Source: Nemertoderma westbladi
Lineage: Eukaryota; Animalia; Xenacoelomorpha
DNA length: 64,000 nt
NCBI GenBank assembly: GCA_032718475.1
Contig: JAUCBJ010000877.1
Coordinates: 62,001-126,000 of the forward strand
Direction of reading: 5' to 3'
Position numbers and translations under genes: made by a program. Each line of letters begins with the position of its first letter. The first letter of the stretch is position 1. The notes beneath the pieces are model-generated. The model worked only from the letters and a program-made list of their open reading frames with translations, was not told the DNA's origin and made no database searches. This document shows positions 13,291-25,900 of this stretch, piece by piece.

Positions 13291-16200
13291 ATGTCAAATC
13301 ATACACCCCCTAGACTAGATCCCATCCCTTCTACGGATGGTCAGCCTATCATGAATCTTCCTTTAAGCCCACAAAGGGAAATGGAGGAGTCAAGAAATGT
13401 GCCCAACATACCAAGCGATGACAATATATCGATCGGAGGGAGCATAATGTCTCTCAATGAAACTCTTATTCGTGAGCCGACTTCTAACCGGGAATCGCTA
13501 CGCCAAACCGCTGCTGCCGGGCCCGGGGACGGTCTCAATACTGAAAGAACTCGTCCGTCTCGACTCTCAAATCATCCTAGATCAGCTACGAACACCATCG
13601 ACATTGCGGCTATCAACCGTAGTCTGGGACAACTTTATCACAACATGAATGCCGATATATTGGAATTGGAGCAGCGAATTAGAACAACTAATCCAGGTGA
13701 GTGCAGTGAAGAATTTCTTAGAAAGCTGGATAGAATGAATACCAGATGGGACCAGGTTCTAAAACAATATCGGAAGCAGTCGCTTTATTATGAGACTGAA
13801 GGAGGAAATGCTAACGAATTCCAACAAGCTTATTCGAAACACGTAAGTTGTCGTGGTAGGTATCAAGAGTTAGTAAACTGGGCAAGTTCACACCATGTAG
13901 ATCCTGTAGTTGAGGTGTCGGAGGTGAGTACAGGAACAGCTAGGGTAATCCATAGTCCGGCACAATCATTAACATGGGATAAATTTCCAATGCCTTTCTC
14001 TTCCATTCCTCGTCCTACTCATATAAATCCAGTAACACGACAGCACGACACGACCTCAGACTTACTGTCTCCAAATTTAATTACCCAGAGGTCTAGACTA
14101 CACCGAACTGAAATTGAACCAGAGGGGGGCGGTAGTATCGGTAGACTGTCAGCTGTAACATCTAATATTTCTAGGACTAGTTCCACAAAATCAGCTAGAC
14201 TTAGAAGGCTAGCAGAGGGAAATATATCGATATTGGCAAATCGACAAGCTGAGGAGGCTTTGCGCCTGTTACATTCTGCAGAGAGAGAAAACAGACAACT
14301 GGAGAATGAGCTTCTGGTTTCCCAGGCGGCTGATCGTATCGAGCATGCCAAGGAAGCTGAACGCCAAGCTTTGCATGATGCAGGGGAAGACGAGCAGCAA
14401 AGAGTATGGCTAGCTAAGCAGAAGAGAAGTGAGATCGAACGGCGAAAGGAAGCTGAACGACAGGCTCTGCATGAGGCAGAGGAAGACGAGCAGCAAAGAG
14501 TATGGCAAGCTAAGCAGAAGATAAGAGAAATTGAGCGGCGGGCTCGGCAAAGGAAGGAAGAGGTGGAACGAGTCGAGAGGGAGCTTTTGAAGAAAGCTGA
14601 AATATCGGAACGAGCAAACAGACGCAAAGAAGAAATTGATTTGCAACATGCACGTTACCGGAGTCAGCACGATGACTACAGGCAGCGTCTGGAAACCAGT
14701 GTGCATAACGCCTTGGAAACAGATGCCTTTGTAGACCTGGAGGCACCACCAATGTCATTGGTGGAATTATCCACAAATTGTGAAATTCTGTATCCTGACA
14801 GCCGTATTCTGAATAACTCTAGACAGAGTTCTAACACTTTATTAGACTATGATATCCCATCTACAGTACGTATTCCTTCTACTGTAGATATTCCTTCCAC
14901 TGCAGATATTCCATCTACAGTACGTATTCCTTCTACTGTAGATATTCCTTCCACTACAGTACGTATTCCTTCTACTGTAGATATTCCTTCCACTACAGTA
15001 CGTATTCCTTCTACTGTAGATATTCCTTCTACTGCAGATATTCCATCTACAGTACGTATTCCTTCTACTGTAGATATTCCTTCTACTGCAGATATTCCAT
15101 CTACAGTACGTATTCCTTCTACTGTAGATATTCCTTCTACTGTAGATATTCCTTCCACTGCAGATATTCCATCTACAGGACGTATTCCTTCTACTGTAGA
15201 TATTCCTTCTACTGTAGATATTCCATCTACAGTACATATTCCTTCTACTGTAGATATCCCGCCCACGGTGAATTTACATCAAATAGCGAATAAATACACT
15301 CATTGTCATATAGAACCATTGGCCAGTACAAAATGTCCTACTTCCAGCAGGAGGTTTAATAAATTAGCTACTGACTCTGAGGAGGAGTGGTCGGATGAGA
15401 TGGAATCTCTCCATCCGTGCCTTTCTCAACCTCAAAATACAAGAATTTTTAAAAAGGGTGGGGGTAATTTTAAGACCAGCGGTTTTGAAAATAAAGCTAT
15501 GCCGTCGATCCCTGAAGATCGTCCAGTGACACATCAACAACTAACTGAAGTTCTTACTAGTATCAACACAGCTGTCGAACATCTGGTGCAGCATGCGAGT
15601 ACCCCAATCATGGAAACCCAGACTCGTACTGATTTTGCTACCGGGACCCAAAAAATTGATAAAGTAAGGGAGCGCATTGTTTCTAAAGCAGGCACAACAA
15701 CCCCGCGGTTTTCTATTGCACAGACACCGTTGCGAAACCAGTCATGTGTGCCTGGAGCATATAGAAAAATCGACTATTCCAATATACTCAACCCACCCAT
15801 TGAATCCCGGCATAGAAACCAGCCTATACACACTGAAGCATTCCAAGTGTCACGGGGACCACGAGGGGGGTCATTTTACGCCGAACCACACAGCACTCAC
15901 CAATGGGCAGATACTCAGCCCTTAGTGAATCCATCAGAACGGGAATCCTCAAATAACTATGGGTTTGGTGGCCGTGGCCCTAGCCGTTACCACGCTGAGA
16001 AATCACACCTACAGGTGCCATTAAATTCAGGCATGATGGGGAGACGCAGAGCTGTCGATCCTGAATATCCAGACAGAGACCCAGATGGGGATCGTAACTC
16101 AGGCAACAATGGTCGTCCTTACCGGGATCCTTATAACCCCCGAGATTCTCAACCCAATGGGCCTGACGATCCTGATGATGACCCCGACCCTGACCCCGAT

Positions 16201-16524
16201 GGTCCTTCAGACGATGACTCATTAAATAATAGCAGCAAAAACAGCAATAGATCCATAAATAAAGGGTGGCGACATAATCGAACACAACCCCATTGTGATC
16301 ATCCAACAGCGTATCAACAGCATGCATTATTTGAGAAATTAGCCTTATCATTGGAAGCCCCTAAATTTGACCCAACTCCATTCACGGGTGATCCCAAAAA
16401 ATTCTTGGGATTTAAGAACAGGTTTCGAACCCAGGTAGATATGAAAGATGTACCCGATGATGTGAAGCTTAGATACTTAATAACTTACGTCAGAGGGGAC
16501 CCTCTTGACTGTAGAGCATTATGA
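13291..16524 (+). CDS. BEL/Pao family 2 gag N-terminal part (frameshifted into 16505-16766, resuming at 17609)
   Basis: 1077-aa ORF: coiled coil, IPSTV repeats, Asp/Pro-rich tract, then the start of the capsid-like domain. Confidence 0.85.
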   Translation: MSNHTPPRLDPIPSTDGQPIMNLPLSPQREMEESRNVPNIPSDDNISIGGSIMSLNETLIREPTSNRESLRQTAAAGPGDGLNTERTRPSRLSNHPRSATNTIDIAAINRSLGQLYHNMNADILELEQRIRTTNPGECSEEFLRKLDRMNTRWDQVLKQYRKQSLYYETEGGNANEFQQAYSKHVSCRGRYQELVNWASSHHVDPVVEVSEVSTGTARVIHSPAQSLTWDKFPMPFSSIPRPTHINPVTRQHDTTSDLLSPNLITQRSRLHRTEIEPEGGGSIGRLSAVTSNISRTSSTKSARLRRLAEGNISILANRQAEEALRLLHSAERENRQLENELLVSQAADRIEHAKEAERQALHDAGEDEQQRVWLAKQKRSEIERRKEAERQALHEAEEDEQQRVWQAKQKIREIERRARQRKEEVERVERELLKKAEISERANRRKEEIDLQHARYRSQHDDYRQRLETSVHNALETDAFVDLEAPPMSLVELSTNCEILYPDSRILNNSRQSSNTLLDYDIPSTVRIPSTVDIPSTADIPSTVRIPSTVDIPSTTVRIPSTVDIPSTTVRIPSTVDIPSTADIPSTVRIPSTVDIPSTADIPSTVRIPSTVDIPSTVDIPSTADIPSTGRIPSTVDIPSTVDIPSTVHIPSTVDIPPTVNLHQIANKYTHCHIEPLASTKCPTSSRRFNKLATDSEEEWSDEMESLHPCLSQPQNTRIFKKGGGNFKTSGFENKAMPSIPEDRPVTHQQLTEVLTSINTAVEHLVQHASTPIMETQTRTDFATGTQKIDKVRERIVSKAGTTTPRFSIAQTPLRNQSCVPGAYRKIDYSNILNPPIESRHRNQPIHTEAFQVSRGPRGGSFYAEPHSTHQWADTQPLVNPSERESSNNYGFGGRGPSRYHAEKSHLQVPLNSGMMGRRRAVDPEYPDRDPDGDRNSGNNGRPYRDPYNPRDSQPNGPDDPDDDPDPDPDGPSDDDSLNNSSKNSNRSINKGWRHNRTQPHCDHPTAYQQHALFEKLALSLEAPKFDPTPFTGDPKKFLGFKNRFRTQVDMKDVPDDVKLRYLITYVRGDPLDCRAL
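14850..15260 (+). repeat. Coding minisatellite, 18/21-bp units encoding (IPSTVD/IPSTVR/IPSTAD)n
   Basis: attccttctactgtagat-type units, about 22 copies, reading frame preserved. Confidence 0.95.
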
Positions 16525-16766
16525 GGGCATGCCCAATGGATACGCCCAGGCATGGAACACCCTGGAAAGAAGATATGGGCAGCCGGCTACTGTAATGAAA
16601 GCCGCTGTGGCTGACGTTACCAGGTGCAGGTACCCCATAGCATCTCCCAAAGAGCTGTTAAAATATTCGCATGATGTGAGACGAACCATGGATATTTTGC
16701 AGAGCTTAAATTGTTATGCCTACGTAAACAACCCCGACTTCATTCAGCAAGTTGCAGCAAATTTGT

Positions 16767-17603
16767 GGATAGTTGGAAATTAAGCACACAATCAAACACA
16801 ACCAAACACACCCAAACACAATCAAACACAGTCCAAATGTTAACCAATTTTGTCAAACACAGTCCAAATCGGAAAGCCAAGGTAATTCTACATCAGTTTG
16901 TATAAAAATTATTTTCAAAATGTCCGCACAATGCCACTATTATTGCCAATTTGTATCTCAACGCACAGCTGGACTAGTTGCTAGGCACTAGTGAGTGACG
17001 TTGGCCTTATATCCCTTGCACACTGTACTGTACAGCCTACTCGGTAGGGGTAGGCAGGTAGGCATATTGCAGTATTGCGATCACATACCGGCTGACCGGT
17101 GCCGGTGATGTAGTGAGGTACCGTACCAATAGTTAGTTCTTTAAATCGTTGTATTTTATTCCGCTATTTGTTATGGTACCCGTATTCCAGTAGGCCTAAT
17201 CTATTCTGTCTGTCTGTAGGGCTAGGCAACTAGGGCTACTGCAGTACTGCAAATTTCGATTACCGCAAATTACCGGTCAGTCGGTATGTGATAGCAATAC
17301 TGAAATATGCCTTGCCTACCTCTACCAGAGGTTGTACTGTACGTACATCAGTGTACAGGGGATATAAGGCCAACGTCACTAGTGCCTAGCAACCAGTCCA
17401 GCTGTGCGTTGAGATATAAATTGGCAATAATAGTGACATTATACGGACATTTTGAAAATAATTTTTATACAAACTGACGTAGAATTACCTTGGCTTTCTG
17501 ATTTGGACTGTGTTTGACAAAATTGGTTAACATTTGGACTGTGTTTGATTGTGTTTGGGTGTGTTTGGTTGTGTTTGATTGTGTGCTTAATTTCCAACTA
17601 TCC
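16767..17603. mobile_element. Foldback MITE, Mutator-like, inserted in gag
   Basis: Termini GGATAGTTGGAAATTAAGCACAC...GTGTGCTTAATTTCCAACTATCC. Arms are inverted over about 300+ bp. 9-bp TSD caaatttgt at 16758-16766 and 17604-17612. Removal restores the gag frame (VAANL-SNSIRTKW). Confidence 0.93.
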
Positions 17604-18437
17604 CAAATTTGTCTAATTCTATACGGACTAAGTGGGCTGTATATGTGTATAAGTTCCGACTAAAACAAGGAATAGATCCGGGTATGCCTGAGTTAGTCCA
17701 ATTTTTGGACAAGGAAGCAAGTATCGCAACCTGTCCATTATATGGACCACAGGCTGCAGAACAAATTTTAAGGTGTAAAATGGGAGATAGGTTCAAAGGA
17801 TTCGCTTATAGACCTCCCATAGTACCCAAAGCCACCAGTACAATGGAAAATTTCCATGTGACAAATGCATTTGCCACAGAGGAGCGATCCCCTGAGGTTG
17901 GAGATTCAATCATCCACGAAATGGTTACTCACGTTCACGATGATTCTCTTATGGACTTTGACGACATACAGGTTGATGTTAATGGTCTGGCGTCTGAATC
18001 CTCATCTTACTGCATATGTTGTAAAGGGGCCCACCCCCTAACCCAATGCATAAAATTACAAAACCTTGGTAGAGATGACTGCTATGACCTTATCATTGAC
18101 CAAAAACTATGTACATTGTGTTTAAGAAAGGGACATTGGCGGAAAAAGTGTACGTCAAAGTACAGATGCACAATTAATGGGTGTGGTAGACGACATGCTA
18201 GAGTACTACACCCGGAACCAGGAAAGACAGATGATGAGACAGACAATCTTATTAAAAATTATTATGCATTACAGAGAGATAGCAAATCAGATTGATCAAT
18301 TAAATTTAGCCGATTTATAGGATCTACAACCACCCCAGATCATAAGTTGTACAAACAAGTAGCTACAATGACTATGAACCACGATATAGCACCGCTGACT
18401 CTTAGACATTAAAGCAGTCTTTCTACGAGTTATTCCT

Positions 18438-21139
18438 TTGGAGATCGAGAGTCCCACCACTGGGCAGAGACTCACCACCCTTGCACTAATGAATGAGGGA
18501 TCTACGGGGACCTTTATAGATAAGACTGTTGGACAGTATTTAAATATACAGACTCATTCTGTTGATGTGGCCCTCAATACTATATTGACAAAAGATCAAA
18601 ACAAGACAATTGGACAAGGCAACTGTATTGTCAGATCAATCCTTCAGGAAGGAAACATTGTTCTGTCCCTTAAGGATGTAATGTTGATGCCGGACCTTCA
18701 TTTAACTTATGCCAGACCTAGTAAGTTTTCTCTCAATGGTTTAACTTACTTAAGAAATATAAATCTCAATTATCCCATTGTCGACATTAATCGTATATCT
18801 ATATTAATTGGGATAAATAATCCTTTGGCCCATAAAGTTAGTAAGACTGTATGGGGACCTACTCCTTATGATGAGGAAAATAACCCTCATGCAATCAAGA
18901 CTCCCTTTGGTTGGACTCTCGTTGGGCCACTCACTACATGTGATATCAAATCAGAAACAACATTAGCTGCAGACAATTCCACCGCCATACCGCGTCCAAA
19001 TGTTGAAATTAATACTTGCTTACCAGAAAACAGTTCGAAATATGATTTTATTGAACAAGCAGAAGGTGCACCCCAACCATTTAAATGGGATTTACGGAAT
19101 GATCCAGGCGTTCCAGTAGACTACCTTTCCGATGACAGACAATCGACAAGTAGACAGACCTTTGACATTCATCATGTAGAATGCTGTCCGTGGAGATTAG
19201 ATAACTTTCCCGGGGATGAAACTATACATGATCAACTAAAAAAGTTTTTTGACTCAGAGGCATATTATTGCCCTATCCGTCTAGATAACAAATCAGTACA
19301 AGACCATAAATGTGAAAAGATTTTAAAGGAAAGCACAAAATTAATTGATGGTCATTATTATGTCGAAAAGTTGTGGCTAAATAGGGACAAATATCTTATT
19401 AACAACAAGCCATTGGCCTTAAGTCGACTCAGATGGATCAAAAGGAAACTGGCAAAGAGTCCCATAGAACATATTCAATATCAGGCAGTCTTCGATGACT
19501 ACGAAGTTAAAGGATATGCTAGGATACTCACTCTGGCTGAGAGATTATTACCAGAAGGTCCCAGGACATATTATGTTCCCACTCACCCCGTTTGGAATCC
19601 AAACAAACCCGATAGCATCCGTGTTGTAAATGATGCTGCAGCTTCCTAAAAGGGAATGAGTCTAAACAGCGAGCTTATGGAGGGACCCAATATTTATAAC
19701 AGTGTTGTTAAGGTTCTCTTAAATTTCAGACGACACAGGATTGCATTTGCATGCGACGTAAAAAGCATGTTCCATCAGGTAAGAACATACGACCGGGACT
19801 CACAATCACAAAATATTATCTGGTGGGAAGGAGACGCAGAACCCAAGAATCGGAAGAGCTTATTATTTATCGGATGTTGGTACATATGTTTGGTCCGAAG
19901 GATTCTCCTTGTGCAGCCACTTATGCCCTACGCCAAACAGCGCATGACAACAAAAATAAGTTTCCCCAGGATGTGACTGAAGCCATAATGGATGCCTTCT
20001 ATGTTGATGATGGAATGCTTGGAGCAGACTCTGTACAACGCGCTCCTCGCTTAGCTTTGGGGATTATTGACTGCCTTCAGCTAGGAGGATTTTTTTTAAC
20101 CAAGTTTATTTCCAATTCTAAAGAACTCCTCCAGCTCATACCAGATGATAGAAGAGCGCATTCTGAACTCAACTTAGCATTCGATAAGTTACCAGAAGCT
20201 AGAGCCTTAGGTATTAGTTGGTCTCCAGAAACAGACAACTTTACATTTAAGCCTATGACTAAGCTGCATCCTCCCACTAAACGCGGCTGTCTAGCAGCAG
20301 TTGCATCGGTTTATGATCCATTGGGATTAGTTTCACCTGTTGTCCTTCGAGGGAAGCAGTTTCTGCAAAAATTGTGGGGTCTAAAAGTAGGCTGGGATAG
20401 TATTCTAGAACCAATTTTGGTAGCCGAATGGGATCAGTGGTACGGTCAGCTAGAACATTTAAACAACTTGCATATTCCTAGACACTACTTTTATGATATG
20501 ACGTCGCACCCTGACGATATACTACAGTTGCATCATTTTTGTGACGCTAGCACCTCAGGATATGGCTGTATTTCTTACATACGAAAATCATCTCCTTTAG
20601 GACAAATATCTTGTGCCATGGTGTACTCTAAAACAAGGACTGCCCCCCTAAAGCGAGTATCTGTTCCCAGACTCGAACTGCAGGCTGCTATATTGTTAGT
20701 CCGCAGCCATCAACAAATCGTAAATTACATTACCTCGCCGATTCTGTCTGCAAATATAGTATGCTGGTCTGATTTTACAAGCGTATTATGTCAGTTGGCA
20801 AATGAATCGCGTAGATTCGAGACATATGAAGCAAATAGAATCGAAGAGATTCGACGTTACACTGTCCCAGAACAATGGCGTCACATACCTGGAAACAGAA
20901 ATCCAGCAGACATAGCTAGTCGTGGTAGCGAACCGATTGATTTCGTCAACAAATACCAAGACTGTTGGTATCGTGGACCACAATTCTTACGGCAACCTGA
21001 GCAGGAATGGACAGACGCACTTAAAAAGACTAATCCCATGCAGCATGCAGATATACCATTGGAAGCCGGTTTAAAATCAGTCAAGCCTGCAAAAACATAT
21101 AAATCTAAAGTAATTGCTACTGCAGAGTACTACAATTAA
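18438..21139 (+). pseudogene. BEL/Pao family 2 pol (protease, RT, RNase H), decayed
   Basis: ORFs 18438-19649, 19656-19976 and 19751-21139 are joined by a stop and a frameshift. No integrase follows. Confidence 0.9.
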
Positions 21140-21297
21140 CATGTTCAAGGGCGCCAGTCCCTAGTCGCTAGCCCATAGTATGTCATGGAGTTCCTGTAGT
21201 AGTTTCAGACGCTTTCACTCATTATCCTAGTGTCCAGGAAGTTGGGAGTTGAGTGTGGGTGGGTGGATTGGTGGCCCCCACGCAACACCGCAGTGTC

Positions 21298-21653
21298 AGG
21301 TGACTACAAAACAAAGACCGACGACCCAAATAACAAAGACCTGTACAAATACAAAACACATGTGTTAACTTTCGTTTATTGTTTTGGTTCCCCAACACAC
21401 CTCTGTAACCTGCTTCTTTACTAACCTGCTACTTTAAATGGCAATGTGACCTTACGCTCTCTGGCAATGGGACCTAAAGCTCTTTGGAACCTAACACTCT
21501 TTGGGACGTAGCGCGACTTTACCTCTTGTTTTGTACAGGTCACAATGAGCGTTTACAGAGGTGTAACGGGTATTCAAAACAATTAACGAAAGTTAACACA
21601 TGTAACAAGATTAAGCAGGTCTTTATAATTGGGTCTTTGTTTTGTAGTCACCC
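21298..21653. mobile_element. MITE with TIRs and 9-bp TSD (Mutator-like)
   Basis: TIR (a)ggtgactacaaaacaaagacc / ggtctttgttttgtagtcaccc. TSD cgcagtgtc at 21289-21297; the right copy is split as cgcag (21654-21658) plus tgtc (29112-29115) by the LTR element. Confidence 0.85.
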
Positions 21654-21658
21654 CGCAG

Positions 21659-22854
21659 TGTTCGCGCTTTCAGACCTTTAGCAGTTTAACCTGCCAATTT
21701 TAGGTGTCCTCTTGTTTATAAATCGACTTTAGCCTATAACAATTATTTAATACACATGAAGTAACATTAGCCGAAGCCAGTCTATGCGCGATCATTCACC
21801 CACAGTTAAGGGAGACTGGATTCGGGTGCTTTGAAGTTATTGCGTTGCAGACCTACTGTATTATTCGATTGATCGTTACTATATAATCTCTGACAATATT
21901 ATTCACTTTCGGGGAAATATTAACAGTTCCTTTGGGACGTGGCGCTTTAAGTATAAAACAGAGTTATGACTTATACTAAACACAACGAGATGGCTACTGA
22001 TTTTCGTAAATAGCGCATTCTTTAGGAGATGCTTTATTATCTGTCACACTGCTGCATACGACTTCACACTGCTGCACACTGATCTGCCGACTGTCACTGA
22101 ATTTGACCATATATAAGGAGGATAGCAACTGACACATGTAGGGATTATGAAATAGCATTTAATTCACACTAAAACCACTATAATGTAAGTCGCAATTGCT
22201 ACCGGTAACCGGTCCCGCTTACCTTCAGTAATCAAGAAGATTGGGGGTTTTATGATTATTTATATCATTTATATATATATGATTTATATCCATCAACATA
22301 TAACAATTAATAACGGACAGTAAACAGAAGTAAAATAATGCGGTGATATTCAGCCAGTACATTGAGTCAGTACAGCGGTAGCAGGTGATCGGTTGTTATG
22401 GTTAGTTGCACAGTTGCACAGTGCAGTTGACAAGATAATAGATTTACGTTCTTATAATCAAAGCCGTCTAATGTTGGCCAAAGTCTGAAACTTCTAACAC
22501 AGAAGTACAGAAGAATTTCCAAGCAGTTGTTCTCGCTCAGAAAGGTAAACAAAGACCGTAATGCATTGCGAGGTTTTCTGTAGGCCTCTGTGCAAGATAA
22601 AATGAAAATCGCTCTGATTGGCCGAGCCTGAACAAAGAGAGGCTCCACGTGCACAGTAAACCAGCTGACAGATTTCGTCATCGGAGTTCAGTCTTTTAGA
22701 GTATTAGGCGTATTGCGGCAGAAAATGGCTTGTTATGTCCACTAAAACACCTACAGGGTACATTGCGGAGAAAATGGCTTGTTATGTCCGCTAAAACAAC
22801 TAAACAGTTCATTGCGGAAAAAAATGACTGGTTATATCTGCAAAAGCTTTTACA
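21659..22854 (-). repeat. 3' LTR (complete, TG...CA)
   Basis: tgttcgcgctttcagacc...aaagcttttaca; same termini as 9391-10530. Confidence 0.93.
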
Positions 22855-22864
22855 CCGCTCCCAG
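22855..22864 (-). promoter_or_regulatory. Polypurine tract
   Basis: Minus strand ...ctGGGAGCGG|TGTAAAAG immediately 5' of the 3' LTR. Confidence 0.65.
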
Positions 22865-22932
22865 AAAATGGGATTTAATTCTATAAAATATAAAAAATCA
22901 CAGTTTCTAAAATATAAAAATACTCTAAACAG

Positions 22933-25900
22933 TTAGTCTTTCTTACGCGAACGGCGTTTACGCAGTTTTTTGAGGCTAATAAGAGTCCTTTTCTCTTTGG
23001 GGCGAGCCACTTTACTAGGAGGGCTATAACTCCTGGGTGAAGGGTGCAATACAATTGCATCAGAAGGTTTAGGATTACGGTCGGTGTATCCGCCGGTCGA
23101 GGTACCCGGTTGATCGATATCAACCTCAGTGGAGCGAGGTCGAACAACCTTCAGAGTGCGTTTCAGTACAGCAGCTCTTACTGGTCCCTGACGAGTCGTT
23201 TGCACGAGAGCGGTAGGTGGACCGTGAGTAGTGAGAAATTTCCTCGGTTTGATGGTTCTTTCTAACTCGCGTTCTTGGGCTCTATATTCATAGGGTCGTC
23301 TATGAACTTCCTGTAGCTCTGGATGCGAGTTGATGAACACATCGCCATATCTTGACGCGGATCTTGACGCGGATCTTGACGAATGAAGTTGATCAAGTTA
23401 TAGGAATTAAGATCGTTGGGATTAATGTTCCTGAGATATTTACGAACAAATTTGGTTGAAATACTCTCGCCAACACGCTTCATTAGTTCGTAACTCGGTG
23501 TGCGAGATTTTTGTTCAACGGACGCGAATAGATACGGGTGGAACGCATAAACTCCTTCTTAGGCACGTCCAGGGTAATAGCGATGACGTGACTCACAATG
23601 TAAATCCGCGTTCACTTCCCAGGCTCGGATGTAGCGTAGGGTAATCATTTCATCTACGCTTTCCAGATCGTGGTTGAAAGGGCAATCAAAACTTGCATGT
23701 CCTTTAAACTGACAATGATGGCATTGAGTCATAAATTGGGGGCAGACTGCGAAAATGTGCAAGTTATTGAGTCTACAATATGCACAATAGATCTCCATCG
23801 TAGGCTGTTCATGGAAGTAGGAGCAGGGTACGTTGGAGTCCACAGGGGTGAAATGGTCTCGAGATGCGCATAATCGGCAACGTTTCCTAGAGACATAATT
23901 GGCATGCCGATAATCGTATGCAGTGAGACATTGTGGACCCTGATACAATTCCAGGACGTAGTCGTTGTCACTGCTCCGGGGTGTTGTGGGCTGAATCTCC
24001 TCGGATTCTAAGCATATTGGTTCGTCTTCCAATTGCATAGCTGAGGTAGGTGTGGCTGTCTCCTCAAGCGAACCCAGTGTCTGAACTTCCACGATAGAAT
24101 AACCCGTTGGGATTCGAGGTCCTTGTATAACAGAGGAATGTAAGTTCTGTATACAAACGTCTTTGAAAATGGCGAATCCAGTGCTGTCTAACTTCTCAGC
24201 AGCTGAGTCTCTTAGGCTGAGCTTGGTCAGAGCGCGGTCCTTGAACTGACTATCAACGTTATGGAACGGAGTCAGAAAGCGCCTGAAGCATTCGAAGCGG
24301 ATGAATTTGTTGTGTTCATCTAGCTTGGCGAGTTTGTTCCAAGTATTAAGGGATGGGCGCGTATAGTATGACTGCACACATCGGCTAGTCAACCGGCAAG
24401 TGCGGCGTTTTCGAAGATAGTGTATATAGCTAAGGAGGAACGAAGTGGAACACTCATGAAGCTATACACGACGCCAGGTGCGGTCAATGGTCCGTCAAAG
24501 TATAATCGAGAATAATGATCTCCATATACTTGTTGATAGTTGATAGGGTTTCCGACTTTGAAATTCCATCCGTATTCTTGAAAGGCAAGATGTCCGATGG
24601 AAGTTCGTTGTACTTTATTGATGCCGCTGGGTGTATTGGCATACATAGTCTGGAAGAAACCTCAGCCTTCTGCCCAAGGTGCAATCAGCTGAGTATCTAC
24701 GAAAGGATAAGGGATATTCTCCATGTTCCTAAAGTCGTTTTGGAGATCTCCATAAACAGCTGAGCAGATTTTAAGGATTCTTTCGTTAAACAACATCTCG
24801 AGCACAGGCTGGGGTAACATCGATCCATCGATACCCATGGCCGGTTTGCGCTCGGTGTCGGTGACGTAACGCTGCGCGAGTTCGAATTATCCATGTCGGA
24901 GTTTCTTTTGTATCTCGGTGAGGGTCTCAAAAGAATAATCAATCACGTCGGAACATGCTTGAGTAAACACGTGGGTAGAACCAGCTAGTCCTCGTATATG
25001 TATCATGCGCGTAGTTCCCAGTTCTCCAACCGGAACGCTACCTTCGTTATCGTAAGTGACAACTCCATACATTTCGATAACGTTAAGAGTTTCGTTCCAC
25101 TCTTTAGTGGCGTTTTTTACTGGATGCCACAAGGTGGCGCATTCGCTAGCGTTAGGTAGATCCCTATACTTCAGATACTGTGTAGTATACGTCTCTACAT
25201 ATCCATATCGTTGTATTCTCTCCTCCTCGAATAACACGTCGAGATTCCAGTGGACTAATCGAGTTTTGATAAATCCATCGAGATTATACGGAGGTATTAT
25301 ATCCTTCTCTATTCTGGAAACATTGTAGGGTTTTTGGAATGAGTTTACTTTCACTAACTGATCCAGATGTTTCTGCAGTTGTTCGAGTTCGACAAGATCG
25401 AGTGGATTTATTAGTGGTAGAAACCTTAGACTATGTGTAGGATCTTCCGGTTTTACCATATAATATTGAGTTAGATTGACATAATAAGGGTGATCTTTGA
25501 TCCCATAAAACGAGTTCGGTAAAGGACTAGCGCGTATGTTGACCTCATGTACCATACGACGGACATGATCCGCTCGATTGTCCGGAGGTTCAATGAGTAT
25601 ACCGTTGACACAAGCGGCCTCGATTGGCGGACGCTGTAACATAGGAGCGTCAGCGATAAGATCTCGAGATCTTAGGTTGATATCAACCGGTTGGGGTTGT
25701 ACCGTTGCGAAGAGTTTGTCTCCGAAATGGGGAACCATCGATGGATGAATGATGGTTTTGGAGTAGAGATCAGTCATAAGGATTTGAGCTTCTGGTTGGG
25801 CTAAAGCTGCTTCTTCTCTTTCATCCATTTCGATGTGTTTCTCCTCGAGCTGATTTTCCTCCGCTTGTCGTTGTAAGCGTTCGTCTAAAAACTTTTGTAG

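Larger units (their letters stand above)
13291..21139 (+). mobile_element. BEL/Pao LTR retrotransposon, family 2 (gag-PR-RT-RH; 3'-truncated before integrase; LTRs not identified)
   Basis: PFTGDPKKFLGFKNRF, KLRYL, AWNTLERRYG; knuckles CICCKGAHPLTQC, CTLCLRKGHWRKKC, CTINGCGRRHARVLH; protease ALMNEGSTGTFI (catalytic D appears as N); RT (RVVNDAAA, CDVKSMFHQV, FYVDD); RH (HHFCDAS, PRLELQAA, NPADIASRG). Confidence 0.93.

Noticed and set aside
22367-22681. Duplicated 104-aa ORF (also 28618-28932)
   Set aside because: It lies inside the LTR, is duplicated only because the LTR is, has no recognisable motif, and is not conserved in LTR copy A.
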